A stretch of DNA of 64,000 bases from an uncultured Chloroflexia bacterium. GTDB lineage: Bacteria > Chloroflexota > Limnocylindria > Limnocylindrales > CSP1-4. Numbering within the stretch: the first letter of the stretch is position 1; every line of letters starts with the position of its first letter. The stretch lies in assembly GCA_963740825.1 (NCBI GenBank), contig CAVUFD010000002.1, forward strand, positions 4,267-68,266. The letters are read 5' to 3'. A model generated the notes under the pieces. The model did not search any database. It was given only the letters and a program-made list of their open reading frames with translations, and was not told the DNA's origin. This document shows, one piece after another, positions 43,923-53,879 of the stretch. The position numbers were made by a program, and so were the translations under genes.

Positions 43923-45023
43923 TCATCCGGCTCGTACGACTCGGCCTCGAGGGCATCGACGCTTTCGCCGCGGGTCAGCAGGAACAGGCCCGAGGCCGAA
44001 CGCCACCGCGAGGCCCATGAACGCGTACACCTGCCCGGTCCCCGACAGGACGAAGGACATGACGGCGAGCAGGATGCAGATGCCGTAGATCACGAGCACG
44101 GTCTGGCCGTGCGAAAGGCCAAGATCGAGCAGGCGGTGGTGGATGTGGCCCCGGTCCGGCGTGAACGGCGAGTGCCCCGTCGCCAGGCGCCGGACGATGA
44201 TCCAGAAGGTGTCGATGATCGGGACGCCCAGGACGAGCAGGGCGACGGCGACCTTGGCCGAGCCCAGGATCGACAGCACCGCCAGCGTGTAGCCGACGAA
44301 CATCACGCCGCTGGTGCCGATGAAGATCGACGCCGGGTGGAAGTTCCAGCGCAGGAACCCGAGCAGCGACCCCGCCAGCGCGAAGCACAGGACGCCGACG
44401 AACGGCTGGTTGGTCGCCGTCGTCATCGAGATCAGCCCGAGGGTGACCGCCGCGATCAGCGCGATGCCCGAGGACAGCCCGTCCAGGCCGTCGATGAAGT
44501 TGATGCTGTTGATCATCCCGATGATCCAGACCATCGTGAATCCGATCGCGTAGGGGCCGTCGAGGGTGATGTTCCCGGTGCCGAACGGGTTGTTGATGAA
44601 GGTCACGGTGATCCCGGCCACGACCGCAAGGGCGGCCAGCGCGACCTGGCCGAGCAGCTGCCACCGGGCTCGGAGCTGGAGCGTGTCGTCGAGGACGCCG
44701 AGGATCGTCGCCACGGCACCGCCGACGAGGAGGCCGAACAGCTCGGGGGCCCCGATCGAGCGAGGGATCGTCACCAGGGCGACCCGCTCGTTCGCGATCA
44801 CGATCCCGATCGCCACCACGATGAACGCGGTCGCCACGGCGATGCCGCCGCCGCGCGGGATCGGTCGCTTGTTGACCCGGCGGTGATCGGGAAGGTCGAC
44901 GTTGTCGAGGCGGATGGCGAGGCGCCGGACCAGCGGCGTGATCAGCAGCGAGATCAGCGCCGCGGACGCGAACGCGAAGACGAGGAGCGGGAGCACCTCG
45001 CCGAACGACGCGATCAGGCGCAT
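43923..45023 (-). CDS. wecA: UDP-GlcNAc:undecaprenyl-phosphate GlcNAc-1-phosphate transferase (WecA/Rfe, MraY-like GT4 family)
   Basis: NVDLPDHRRVNKRPIPRGGGIAV ... INSINFIDGLDGLSSG ... motif. Occupies the same position as Rv1302 / SCO5365. Confidence 0.75.
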   Translation of the reverse strand: MRLIASFGEVLPLLVFAFASAALISLLITPLVRRLAIRLDNVDLPDHRRVNKRPIPRGGGIAVATAFIVVAIGIVIANERVALVTIPRSIGAPELFGLLVGGAVATILGVLDDTLQLRARWQLLGQVALAALAVVAGITVTFINNPFGTGNITLDGPYAIGFTMVWIIGMINSINFIDGLDGLSSGIALIAAVTLGLISMTTATNQPFVGVLCFALAGSLLGFLRWNFHPASIFIGTSGVMFVGYTLAVLSILGSAKVAVALLVLGVPIIDTFWIIVRRLATGHSPFTPDRGHIHHRLLDLGLSHGQTVLVIYGICILLAVMSFVLSGTGQVYAFMGLAVAFGLGPVPADPRRKRRCPRGRVVRAG

Positions 45024-45030
45024 CGGCCGG

Positions 45031-46401
45031 TCAGGAGCCGCCCCTCGGCAGACCCGGGACGGGGAAGCCGGCGACCAGCTCGCGCACCTCACCCCGGATC
45101 CGCTCGTGGACGGCCTCGTCGTCGCGATGGCGGATGGCGTCGACGATCCAGCGGCCGATCTGCGTCATCTCGGCGGGTCCCATGCCGCGCGTCGTGGTGG
45201 CGGGCGTCCCGACCCGGATCCCGGACGCGACGTTGGGCGGGTTGGCGTCGAACGGGATCGCGTTCTTGTTGACGGTGATGCCGACGTCGTCGAGCAGCGT
45301 CTCGGCCTCTCGTCCGGTGACCCCCAGCGGCGTCACGTCGACGAGCGCGAGGTGGTTGTCGGTCCCGCCGCTGACCAGCCGTGCGCCGGCGTCGGCCAGC
45401 GTCCGGGCGAGGACGCCGGCGTTCTCGATGGTCCGGGCCTGGTCGCGCCGGAACTCGCCGGAGGCGGCGAGGCGGAACGCGACCGCCTTGGCCGCGACCA
45501 CGTGCATCAGCGGGCCGCCCTGGACGCCCGGGAACACCGACTTGTCGATGGCCTGCGCGAGCGTGCTCTTGCCGAGGGCCGGGAAGTCGGCGCGGTCGAC
45601 GCCGTCGGGCAGGTCCGCGCGCGCGAACACGATGCCGCCGCGCGGTCCGCGCAGGGTCTTGTGGGTGGTCGTGGTGACGAGGTCGGCGTGCGGGAACGGG
45701 CTGGGGTGCAGCCCGGCCGCGACGAGCCCGGCGACGTGGGCCATGTCGACGAACAGCAGGGCGCCGACGCCGTGGGCGATCGTCGCCAGCCGCGCGAAGT
45801 CCCACGTGCGCGGGTAGGCCGAAGCGCCGGCGACGATGACCTTGGGCCGGACCTCCACGGCCTGCGCGGCGAGGGCGTCGTAGTCGATCAGCTCGTCGTC
45901 GCGCCTGACCCCGTAGGCGTGGACCTCGTACAGGCGGCCCGAGAAGTTCACGGGCGAGCCATGGGTGAGGTGACCGCCGTGGGCGAGGTTCATGCCCAGG
46001 ATCCGGTCGCCCGGCCGGAGCACCGCGAAGTAGGCCGCCATGTTCGCCTGGGCCCCGGAGTGCGGCTGGACGTTGACGTGGTCGGCGCCCGGGAACAGGG
46101 CCAGCGCGCGCTCGCGCGCGAGGTTCTCGGCGATGTCCACGTACTCGCAGCCACCGTAGTAGCGCTTTCCCGGCAGGCCCTCGGCGTACTTGTTGGTGAG
46201 CCACGACCCCTGCGCCTCGAGCACCGCGGCGTAGACGTAGTTCTCGCTGGCGATCAGCTCGATCTTGTCGGCCTGGCGGTGCCGCTCGGCCTCCATCGCC
46301 GCCCACAGCTCGGGGTCGAGGTCCGAGATCGGCGCCCAGGCGGCGGCCGGCGCGGTCGTCCGAGGGGAGGAGGTCTCCGGCGAGGCGATGGCGTCGGGCA
46401 C
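45031..46401 (-). CDS. glyA: serine hydroxymethyltransferase
   Basis: [19 protein letters not shown] ... [17 protein letters not shown] start with SD AGGAGG. Confidence 0.95.
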   Translation of the reverse strand: MPDAIASPETSSPRTTAPAAAWAPISDLDPELWAAMEAERHRQADKIELIASENYVYAAVLEAQGSWLTNKYAEGLPGKRYYGGCEYVDIAENLARERALALFPGADHVNVQPHSGAQANMAAYFAVLRPGDRILGMNLAHGGHLTHGSPVNFSGRLYEVHAYGVRRDDELIDYDALAAQAVEVRPKVIVAGASAYPRTWDFARLATIAHGVGALLFVDMAHVAGLVAAGLHPSPFPHADLVTTTTHKTLRGPRGGIVFARADLPDGVDRADFPALGKSTLAQAIDKSVFPGVQGGPLMHVVAAKAVAFRLAASGEFRRDQARTIENAGVLARTLADAGARLVSGGTDNHLALVDVTPLGVTGREAETLLDDVGITVNKNAIPFDANPPNVASGIRVGTPATTTRGMGPAEMTQIGRWIVDAIRHRDDEAVHERIRGEVRELVAGFPVPGLPRGGS

Positions 46402-46766
46402 GGACGGACCTCCTGGCGAGTCGGCGCGGGCTCGGGTGGCGCGCGGGCGCTCGGTTGGCGCGCGCGAGGCTCCGCGGCGAGGCCCGCGCGGGTCGTCCTA
46501 TCTTCCCACGTCCGGAGCCTTCGACGGGCGGGAACCGTTTACCAATTCACCGCGATGGCGCGACGACCATGTCGCGCCGGTACCGAAGGTGGACCTTGGA
46601 CCAGCGAGAGCTCCTCGAGCGAGCGATGCGGGGCGATCGTGACGCCAAGCAGGACGGCTCGTCCTGGCTGCTCGATGCGGCCGGCGGCCCCGGGCGGCAG
46701 CTGGACTAGTCGTACGTCGGCGGGCCGGCCTGGCGGCGGCTGGCTCGCTGACGGCGGACGGCCGCG

Positions 46767-47428
46767 CTACCGCTGAGCCTCGACCTGGTGCGGGATCCCC
46801 GCCTCGTCGAGCGCCGCTGCCAGGAGCGATGCATCGATCGCCCCCGATCGCAGGATCGCGGGGCGATCGGTCGTGCAGTCCACGACGGTCGAGGCCGGGC
46901 CGCCGCGGATCGGGCCGCCGTCGATGACCAGCGCGATCGCGTCGCCGAGCGTCTCCGCCACCTCGCTCGCGTCCGCGGCGTCGGGCTGCCCCGACAGGTT
47001 GGCCGAGGTCGTCGGCAGCGGGCCGAGGGCCGCGGCCAGCGCCCGCGGCGCCGGGTGGTCAGGGACGCGGACGCCGATCGTGGGCGCGCCCGCGGCGAGG
47101 ACGCGCGGCAGCCGGGCGTCGGGGTGAACCGGCAGCACGAGGGTCAGGCCGCCCGGCCAGAAGCGATCGGCGAGGAGCTGCCGCGGCCGGCGACCGAGAC
47201 GCCCAGCGTCCAGGCCTGTGCCGCGTCGGCGAGCAGCACCGCGACCGCCTTCTCGGGAGGCCGCCGCTTGGCGGCGAACAGGCGCTCGATCGCGTCGGGC
47301 AGCGCGAGGTCGGCGGCGATCCCGTAGACGGTGTCGGTGGGGATGGCGACGATCCGCCCGGCCCGGAGGTGCTCGATCGCCTCGGCGCGTGCCGCGTCCC
47401 CGTCGGGGAGGACCCGGGTCGCCGTCAC
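46767..47428 (-). CDS. tsaC: L-threonylcarbamoyladenylate synthase (TsaC/YrdC/Sua5 family); frameshift near 47180
   Basis: N-terminus IVAIPTDTVYGIAADL and C-terminus PLPTTSANLSGQP...STVVD lie in two frames. Confidence 0.7.
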
Positions 47429-48381
47429 GAGGCCGACGCCACCGCGACGCGGGCGGCCTCCGCGAGCCGCTCGCCGCTGCGCGCCGCCTCCTCGGGCGAC
47501 GCGAGGACCAGCGCCTCGATGAGGGCCCCGACGCCGTCCGCCTCGACGGGCGCGGCCACGTACCGCCCGGCCGCCCGGACCACGGCGGGGGCCGTGGCCA
47601 TCGCCGCCCCATGCCCGGCGTCGCCGATCATCTCGATGTCGTTCAGCGCGTCGCCGACGGTCATCACCTGGCCCATCGGGACCCGCGCGCGGTTCGCCAG
47701 CCAGGCGACCGCCCGGCCCTTCGACACCCCCGGCGCGACGAACTCGAGGAACCGCGGGTGCGAGACCGTGGCCCCGGCTCGCCCGGCGAACGTCCGCCGC
47801 GCCTCCTCGATCAGCTCCATCGGCCTCGGCGGATCCCCGACCGCGATGACCTTGGACACCGGCTTCCGGATCGCGGCCGCGAGGTCGCCCACGATGTCCG
47901 CCTCCGGCCCGAGGTAGCCCGAGTAGTCCTCGAACCTCGAGTCGCCGCGCCACACCACGATCCGCTCCAGGTCGTTGACATGCGGATCGAGGCCGCGTTC
48001 CAGGCACCACGCGATCGCGGCCCGCGCCACGTCGGCGGCCATCGGGGTGTGGTGCAGGATCCGGCCCACGGGCGCCCGGAACGGGAGGTCGGCGGCGTCG
48101 ATGACGGCGGCAGCGACCGGCATCGCGCGGATGACGGCGCCCTGGTGGCCGATGATCGGGTCCGTCAACCCCAGCTGGTGCGCGTAGACCGCCGCCGAGC
48201 TCGCCATGCGGCCGGTCGCGATCGAGACGTGGACGCCGCGCCGGACTGCCTCGCGGATCGCCTCGGCCGTGCGCTCGGACACCCGGAAGTCGGGGCCGAT
48301 CACCGTCCCGTCGAGATCGAGGGCGATGAGCCGGACCGGGAACGCCGGGGCGGGCCGGTCGGCCAAGGGCAGCCCGTCCAT
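47425..48381 (-). CDS. Cof-type HAD-IIB family hydrolase
   Basis: LIALDLDGTVIG ... MTVGDALNDIEM. Confidence 0.75.
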   Translation of the reverse strand: MDGLPLADRPAPAFPVRLIALDLDGTVIGPDFRVSERTAEAIREAVRRGVHVSIATGRMASSAAVYAHQLGLTDPIIGHQGAVIRAMPVAAAVIDAADLPFRAPVGRILHHTPMAADVARAAIAWCLERGLDPHVNDLERIVVWRGDSRFEDYSGYLGPEADIVGDLAAAIRKPVSKVIAVGDPPRPMELIEEARRTFAGRAGATVSHPRFLEFVAPGVSKGRAVAWLANRARVPMGQVMTVGDALNDIEMIGDAGHGAAMATAPAVVRAAGRYVAAPVEADGVGALIEALVLASPEEAARSGERLAEAARVAVASAS

Positions 48382-48404
48382 CCGGTCCGGGCGGGCGCTC
48401 GCGC

Positions 48405-49319
48405 TCACGCCGGTGACAGGTCGATCCGCACGAGCCTCGGGCGACCCGCCAGGTCCGGCGTCACGGTGCATCGCGCCCTCGGGATCCGGTCCGCGACCGC
48501 GCGCACGGTCGCGTCGCCCTGGTCGGCGCCGATCTCGAGGAACGCGACCCCGCCGATCTCGGTGACGGTCGGCAGGCGGTCGATCAGGCGGCGCACGACG
48601 TCGAGGCCGTCCGGCCCGCCGTCCAGCGCGGACGTCGGCTCGAACGCGATCTCGGGCGACAGGCGCGGCAGCTCGTCGGTCGGGACGTACGGGAGGTTCG
48701 CGCACACGACGGCGTACGGCGGCTCGACGTGGTACGGCAGCAGGTCGGCGGCGACGAACACCATCCGATCGGCCACGCCGTGCCCGACGGCGTTCTCGCG
48801 AGCCAGCTGGAGGGCCTCCGCCGACACGTCGACGGCGATGACCAGCACCTGGTCCGCCATCTTCCGGCGCCGCAGGGCGGCGAGCAGCGAGATCGCGATG
48901 GCCCCGGTCCCGGTACCGACGTCCACGACCCGGAGCGCCGGCGCGCCGTGGGCCCGGGGAGTGGTCGTCAGCCGCGTCGTGATCTCGGCCAGCGCGGCGT
49001 CGACGAGCAGCTCCGTCTCGGGCCGCGGGATGAGGGCGCGCGAGTCGGTCGCGAACGCGAGCCCGTGGAACTCCCGGAAGCCGCGGATGTAGGCGACCGG
49101 CTCGCCCCGCTCGCGGCGCTCGACGGCGGCCTCGAACGCCAGCCGGGCGTCGGGCCCGACGGGCGCGTCCGGGTGGGCGAGGATCCCCGTGCGGTCCATG
49201 CCCAGCGTCTGGCCCAGCAGCAGCTCCGCGTCGAGCCGCGCGGATCCGGAGCCCGATGCGGCGATGCGCTCGGTCGCCACGCGGACGAGCTCGGACACGG
49301 TCGATGCGGCGTCGGCCAT
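48405..49319 (-). CDS. prmC: release-factor glutamine N5-methyltransferase PrmC/HemK
   Basis: VVDVGTGTGAIAISL ... VVCANLPYVP (the NPPY-type motif). Confidence 0.8.
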   Translation of the reverse strand: MADAASTVSELVRVATERIAASGSGSARLDAELLLGQTLGMDRTGILAHPDAPVGPDARLAFEAAVERRERGEPVAYIRGFREFHGLAFATDSRALIPRPETELLVDAALAEITTRLTTTPRAHGAPALRVVDVGTGTGAIAISLLAALRRRKMADQVLVIAVDVSAEALQLARENAVGHGVADRMVFVAADLLPYHVEPPYAVVCANLPYVPTDELPRLSPEIAFEPTSALDGGPDGLDVVRRLIDRLPTVTEIGGVAFLEIGADQGDATVRAVADRIPRARCTVTPDLAGRPRLVRIDLSPA

Positions 49320-49323
49320 CGCG

Positions 49324-51660
49324 CTACATCCGGATGGTGACGTCGAGGTCGCGGCTCTTGCGCAGCACCTCCGCCGACGTGCCGCCGCGCCAGCGGTGGA
49401 ACAGCAGGTCCACCGCGCCGTCGCCGACACGCAGGTTCGAGATCGTGACCTTCTGGAGCCACTCCGGCAGCTCGGGGCGCTCGAGCTCGAGCTCGTGCCG
49501 ATCGGCATGCGGGCGGAGGCCCAGCATCGTCTCGATGAACAGGAACAGGGAGCCGGCGGCCCAGGCCTGCGGGGAGCAGGCGACCGGGTACGGGACGGGG
49601 ACCGGCGAGTGGTCGCGGTCGAAGCCGCAGAACAGCTCGGGCAGCCGGAAGTCGTCGAAGTGCTGGGCGGCCTCGAAGATCCGCCCGACGAGGCGGTTCG
49701 CGTCCTCGTGGCGGCCGTACCGCTTGAAGCCGGCGGCGATCAGCGAGACGTCGTGCGGCCACACGGTGCCCGAGTGGTAGCCGATCGGGTTGTAGCCCGG
49801 CTGGCCGGAGGCGTAGGTGCGGATCCCCCAGCCGCTGAACATGTCGGGCGCCATGAGCCGGTCCACGACCCGCCGGGCCCGGTCGGGCGAGACGATCCCC
49901 GACCACAGGCAGTGGCCCGCGTTGGAGGCGATCGCGTTGGCCTGCCGCTTCTCCCCGTCGAGCGCCATGACGTAGAACCCCTGCTCGTCGGACCAGAACG
50001 ACTCCTCGAACCGCCGGCGCAGGGTCTCCGCGTCGGCCTCGAGGCGTCGCGCGAGGTCCTCGTCGCCGCGCATCCGCGCGAGCGCCGCCAGCCGGGTCTT
50101 CGCGTCGAACACGTAGCCCTGGACCTCGGCCAGCGCGATCGGGGTCGGCGCGAGCTTCCCCTGCCGGTCGCGAATGCCGTCGCTGGAGTCCTTCCAGCCC
50201 TGGTTGACCAGCCCTCGCGGCGTCCGCCGCTCGTACTCGATGAACCCGTCGCCATCGCGGTCGCCGTAGTGGTCGATCCAGTCCAGGGCCCGCAGCGCGT
50301 TGGGCCACAGGCGGTCGACCAGCGCGCGGTCGCCGGTCCAGTCGTACGTCGCGGCGAACAGGATCAGCCACAGGGGTGTGGCGTCGACCGAGCCGTAGTA
50401 CGGGCGGAACGGCAGCTCACCGGTGCGCGCCATCTCGCCGGTCCGCAGCTCGTGCAGGATCTTGCCGGGCTCGGCGTCCCGGTCCGGATCCTCGTCGGCC
50501 GCCTGGAGCGACGCGAGGACCTCGAGGGTCTCGACGGCGACCTGGGGCCGCACGCACAGCGCCTGGAACGAGGCGATCAGCGCGTCCCGGCCGAACAGCG
50601 TCGTGAACCACGGGACGCCCGCGGCCAGGTATCGCTCGGACTCGCCCGGGCCGTCGTTGATGAGCAGCCGCAGGTCGCTGGTCGAGCGGTTGATCGCGAG
50701 GTTGACCAGCTCGTTGTCCGTCCGGATCTCGGAGACGCTGCGATTCCACGCGTGGTACGAGGCGGCGACCTCGTCGGACGGCACAGCCGGCTCGGGCGGG
50801 AACAGCGCGTCGTCGGGGTCGACGCCGTCGCCGGCCTTGGCGCCCTTCGCCGTCGGCCGCTCCTCGGCCGACCAGGTGACCCAGCGCAGCTCCCGCGCAT
50901 CGCCCGAGTTCAGCGGCCAGTGCCAGGTGAGCCGCACCCAGCCGGCGTTGACGGAGCCCGCGACGTCGGGTTCCACCGCCTCGACGGAGTCCGCGCGCTC
51001 GCTGAACGCGACGTGGGTGGACGTGCGGCGCCCGTCGAGGCCGGCGTAGCGGAACGTGACCCGGTCGCGCCGGGTGGCGATCGGCAGCTGCCGGCCGCGC
51101 TCGACGCGCGTCCAGCCGCGGACCTCGAAGATGTCGGCGGCGTCGGCGGCCAGCTCGAGCGTGACCTCGACCTGTTCGTCGACCTCGGCGTAGTTCACGA
51201 CCCGGACGCGCTCCTCGAGCATCCCGCCGGCGATCAGGCGCTTGCGCCCGATGCCGAGCTTCTGCGAGGCGAGGGCGTCCTCGGGCCGCACCTTGTCGGC
51301 GACGTTGCGCTCGAGGCGCGGGTTCGTGAGCTGGATCGCGCCGTGGTAGTTGCCGCCGGCCGACGCCTGGAGCAGCACCGGGCGCTCGCCGTTCACGCGC
51401 AGGATCGAGGCCGACAGGCGGCGGGTGTCGCCGTCGTACAGGCCCAGCCCGCGGCTGTCGGGGTGGACGTCGCCGAACGGGTCCGAAAGCAGGTACACGT
51501 TGCCCTGCTTGAGGACCTGCACCGAGCCGAGGTCGGTGGCCTTCACGATCGGCCGGACGACCGGGTCGAAGAACCGGGTCGCCTCCGCCTTCGCCCCCCG
51601 CGAGCGGGGTCGAGGTTGCGCCGGCGCCGCGGTCGAGGCGGGGTTCGGCGCCTCAGCCAC
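49324..51660 (-). CDS. glycogen-debranching-type enzyme (bacterial GDE_N + amylo-alpha-1,6-glucosidase GDE_C, GH-15-like (alpha/alpha)6 barrel)
   Basis: 778 aa. N-terminus [21 protein letters not shown] start overlaps the prfA stop, and the stop lies 5 nt before the prmC start. Confidence 0.75.
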   Translation of the reverse strand: MAEAPNPASTAAPAQPRPRSRGAKAEATRFFDPVVRPIVKATDLGSVQVLKQGNVYLLSDPFGDVHPDSRGLGLYDGDTRRLSASILRVNGERPVLLQASAGGNYHGAIQLTNPRLERNVADKVRPEDALASQKLGIGRKRLIAGGMLEERVRVVNYAEVDEQVEVTLELAADAADIFEVRGWTRVERGRQLPIATRRDRVTFRYAGLDGRRTSTHVAFSERADSVEAVEPDVAGSVNAGWVRLTWHWPLNSGDARELRWVTWSAEERPTAKGAKAGDGVDPDDALFPPEPAVPSDEVAASYHAWNRSVSEIRTDNELVNLAINRSTSDLRLLINDGPGESERYLAAGVPWFTTLFGRDALIASFQALCVRPQVAVETLEVLASLQAADEDPDRDAEPGKILHELRTGEMARTGELPFRPYYGSVDATPLWLILFAATYDWTGDRALVDRLWPNALRALDWIDHYGDRDGDGFIEYERRTPRGLVNQGWKDSSDGIRDRQGKLAPTPIALAEVQGYVFDAKTRLAALARMRGDEDLARRLEADAETLRRRFEESFWSDEQGFYVMALDGEKRQANAIASNAGHCLWSGIVSPDRARRVVDRLMAPDMFSGWGIRTYASGQPGYNPIGYHSGTVWPHDVSLIAAGFKRYGRHEDANRLVGRIFEAAQHFDDFRLPELFCGFDRDHSPVPVPYPVACSPQAWAAGSLFLFIETMLGLRPHADRHELELERPELPEWLQKVTISNLRVGDGAVDLLFHRWRGGTSAEVLRKSRDLDVTIRM

Positions 51661-52784
51661 GGTCGGTCCCGTCGGCGCCGGCCCGGCCGTCCGAGTCGGT
51701 CAGATGGCTCAGGCGGTCGGCCTGGTCGGCCATGACGAGGGCGTCGATGAGGGGGTCGAGCTGGCCCTCGAGCACGCCCGGCACGTTGTGGATCGTGACC
51801 CCGATCCGGTGGTCGGTGACCCGGTTGTCGGGGAAGTTGTAGGTCCGGATCTTCTCGGACCGGTCGCCCCCACCCACCATCACCTTGCGTTCCGCGCTCT
51901 GCGCCTCGCGCTGCTTCGCGAGCTCCATGTCGTATAGCCGGGAGCGCAGCACGGACATCGCCTTGGCCTTGTTCTTGTGCTGGCTCTTCTCGTCCTGGAT
52001 CTCGACCACGAGGCCGGTCGGCAGGTGCGTGATCCGGACCGCGGAGTCCGTGGTGTTGACCGACTGGCCGCCGCGGCCCGGAGCTGCGCTTGACGTCGAT
52101 CCGGAGGTCCCGCGCCTCGTCGATGTCGACCTCGACCTCGTCGGCCTCGGGCAGGACGATCACGGTCGCCGTGCTCGTGTGGATCCGGCCGCTCGACTCC
52201 GTGCTGGGCACGCGCTGGACGCGATGGACGCCGCCCTCGAACTTGAGCCGGCTGTAGGCGCCGTCGCCGGCCACCTCGAGGATCGCCTCCTTGGTCCCGC
52301 CGATGCCGGTCTCGTTGACGCTCATCAGGTCGGTCTGGAAGCGGTGCTCCTGCGCGTAGCGGCTGTACATGCGGAGCAGCTCGGTCGCGAACAGCGCGGC
52401 CTCCTCGCCGCCGGCGCCGGCACGAATCTCGACGATGACGTTGCGGTCGTCGTTGGGGTCGCGCGGCAGGAGGGAGACGCGGAGGTCGTCGACCAACGCC
52501 GTCTCACGTGTCTCCAGCGAGGCGATCTCCTCGCGCGCGAGCGTCTTCAGCTCCTCGTCCGACTCGGCGTCGCGCATGTGCCGGGCGCCCTCGAGCTGCG
52601 AACGGACGTCGACGAGCTCGCGGTAGGCGCCGACGACCGGCTCGAGCCTGGACAGCTCGCGGCCGAGGCGGCGCATCGCGGCCGGGTCGCCCAGCACCTC
52701 CGGGGTGGCGAGCTGGGTCGACACGTCGTCGTACTGGCGGGCGAGGTCCTCGAGCTTGGCGTCGAGGCCGTGTTCGTCGGTCAT
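51653..52784 (-). CDS. prfA: peptide chain release factor 1; at least one frameshift near 52075
   Basis: GGQ motif region ...[38 protein letters not shown] (RF1-type). The N-terminal and C-terminal halves are in different frames. Confidence 0.8.
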
Positions 52785-52803
52785 CGGTGCCGTCATCCCG
52801 GCG

Positions 52804-53871
52804 TCAGCCGGGCAGCGGCGGGTCCGCGGACACCGGCCCGATGCCGTCGGCGTCGACGACGGGCGTGCGGCTCGCGGCGGTCGACGCGGCGGGATCCGCG
52901 ACCGTGCCCTCGGCGAGCTCGGCGGCGGCACGCACGCCCGCGGCCGTCTCGCCCGGCAATGGCATCGGGTCGCGCGGGAGGTCGAGGCTGCCGGCCGGGA
53001 CCTCTGAGCCATCGGCCAGGATCGCTTCCTCCATGGCCACGATCGCGACCTCGATCATGTCGTCGGTGGGCTGCTTGGTCGTGATCTTCTGGACCAGGAT
53101 CCCGGGCCACATGATCACGCGCACCACGGGGTTGGACCGGTGCCGGGCGCCCAGCCGCAGCAGCTCGTAGCCCACGGAGGCGATCACCGGGATCAGCAGG
53201 ATCCGGCTCGCGATCATGATCAGCGGCGGCTGGCGTCCAACGAGGCTGAACATGAGGATCGACAACAGGATCACGACCACCAGGAACTCCGTGCCGCAGC
53301 GCGGGTGGGCCGTCGGGTACTGGCGGACGTGCTCGGTGTCGAGCGGGTCGTCGTGCTCGAGCGCGTGGATGGTCATGTGCTCGGCGCCGTGGTACTGGAA
53401 CACGCGCTTGATGTCGGGCGTGCGCGCGATCAGCGCGAGATAGCCGAGGAACAGCGCGACCCGGATCAGGCCCTCGACGAGGTGCTGGACCCAGCTCGCC
53501 TCCGCGTTGCCGACGGTGAACGTGGCGATCGCGAGGGGCAGGATGAAGAAGATGCCGATGCCCACGACGGCCGTGATCCCCAGCATCAGCGCGACGCTGC
53601 CCTTGCCCAGCTCGACGCCCTCGTCCTCCGCCTGGAGGCCGGCGGACCGGATGAGCCAGCGGGTGCCGACGATCAGCGTCTCGTACAGGACGACGAGCCC
53701 GCGCACGAACGGCGCGCGGGACAGGCGGTTGCCGTGGAAGCCGGAGTCGAGGCGCTCCGTGGCGAACACGATTCGGCCGTCGGGGTGACGAAGCGCGACG
53801 GCGATCGCGTCGCGGCCGCGCATCATGACGCCCTCGATGAGCGCCTGGCCGCCGTAGTTGAAGCGGGGCAT
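52804..53871 (-). CDS. DUF1385 family membrane-associated protein
   Basis: MPRFNYGGQALIEGVMMRG ... QYHGAEHM. Its start is 15 nt from the IS110 transposase stop. Confidence 0.75.
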   Translation of the reverse strand: MPRFNYGGQALIEGVMMRGRDAIAVALRHPDGRIVFATERLDSGFHGNRLSRAPFVRGLVVLYETLIVGTRWLIRSAGLQAEDEGVELGKGSVALMLGITAVVGIGIFFILPLAIATFTVGNAEASWVQHLVEGLIRVALFLGYLALIARTPDIKRVFQYHGAEHMTIHALEHDDPLDTEHVRQYPTAHPRCGTEFLVVVILLSILMFSLVGRQPPLIMIASRILLIPVIASVGYELLRLGARHRSNPVVRVIMWPGILVQKITTKQPTDDMIEVAIVAMEEAILADGSEVPAGSLDLPRDPMPLPGETAAGVRAAAELAEGTVADPAASTAASRTPVVDADGIGPVSADPPLPG

Positions 53872-53879
53872 GCGTTGCT

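Noticed and set aside
43695-45272. 525-aa plus-strand ORF antisense to wecA/glyA
   Set aside because: It is the opposite strand of two well-supported genes and is Arg/Asp-rich low-complexity sequence.
46569-46709. 46-aa plus-strand ORF (MSRRYRRWTLDQRELLERAMRGDRD...) in the glyA upstream region
   Set aside because: No SD, mixed GC3, and it is antisense to the glyA leader. It is more likely non-coding.
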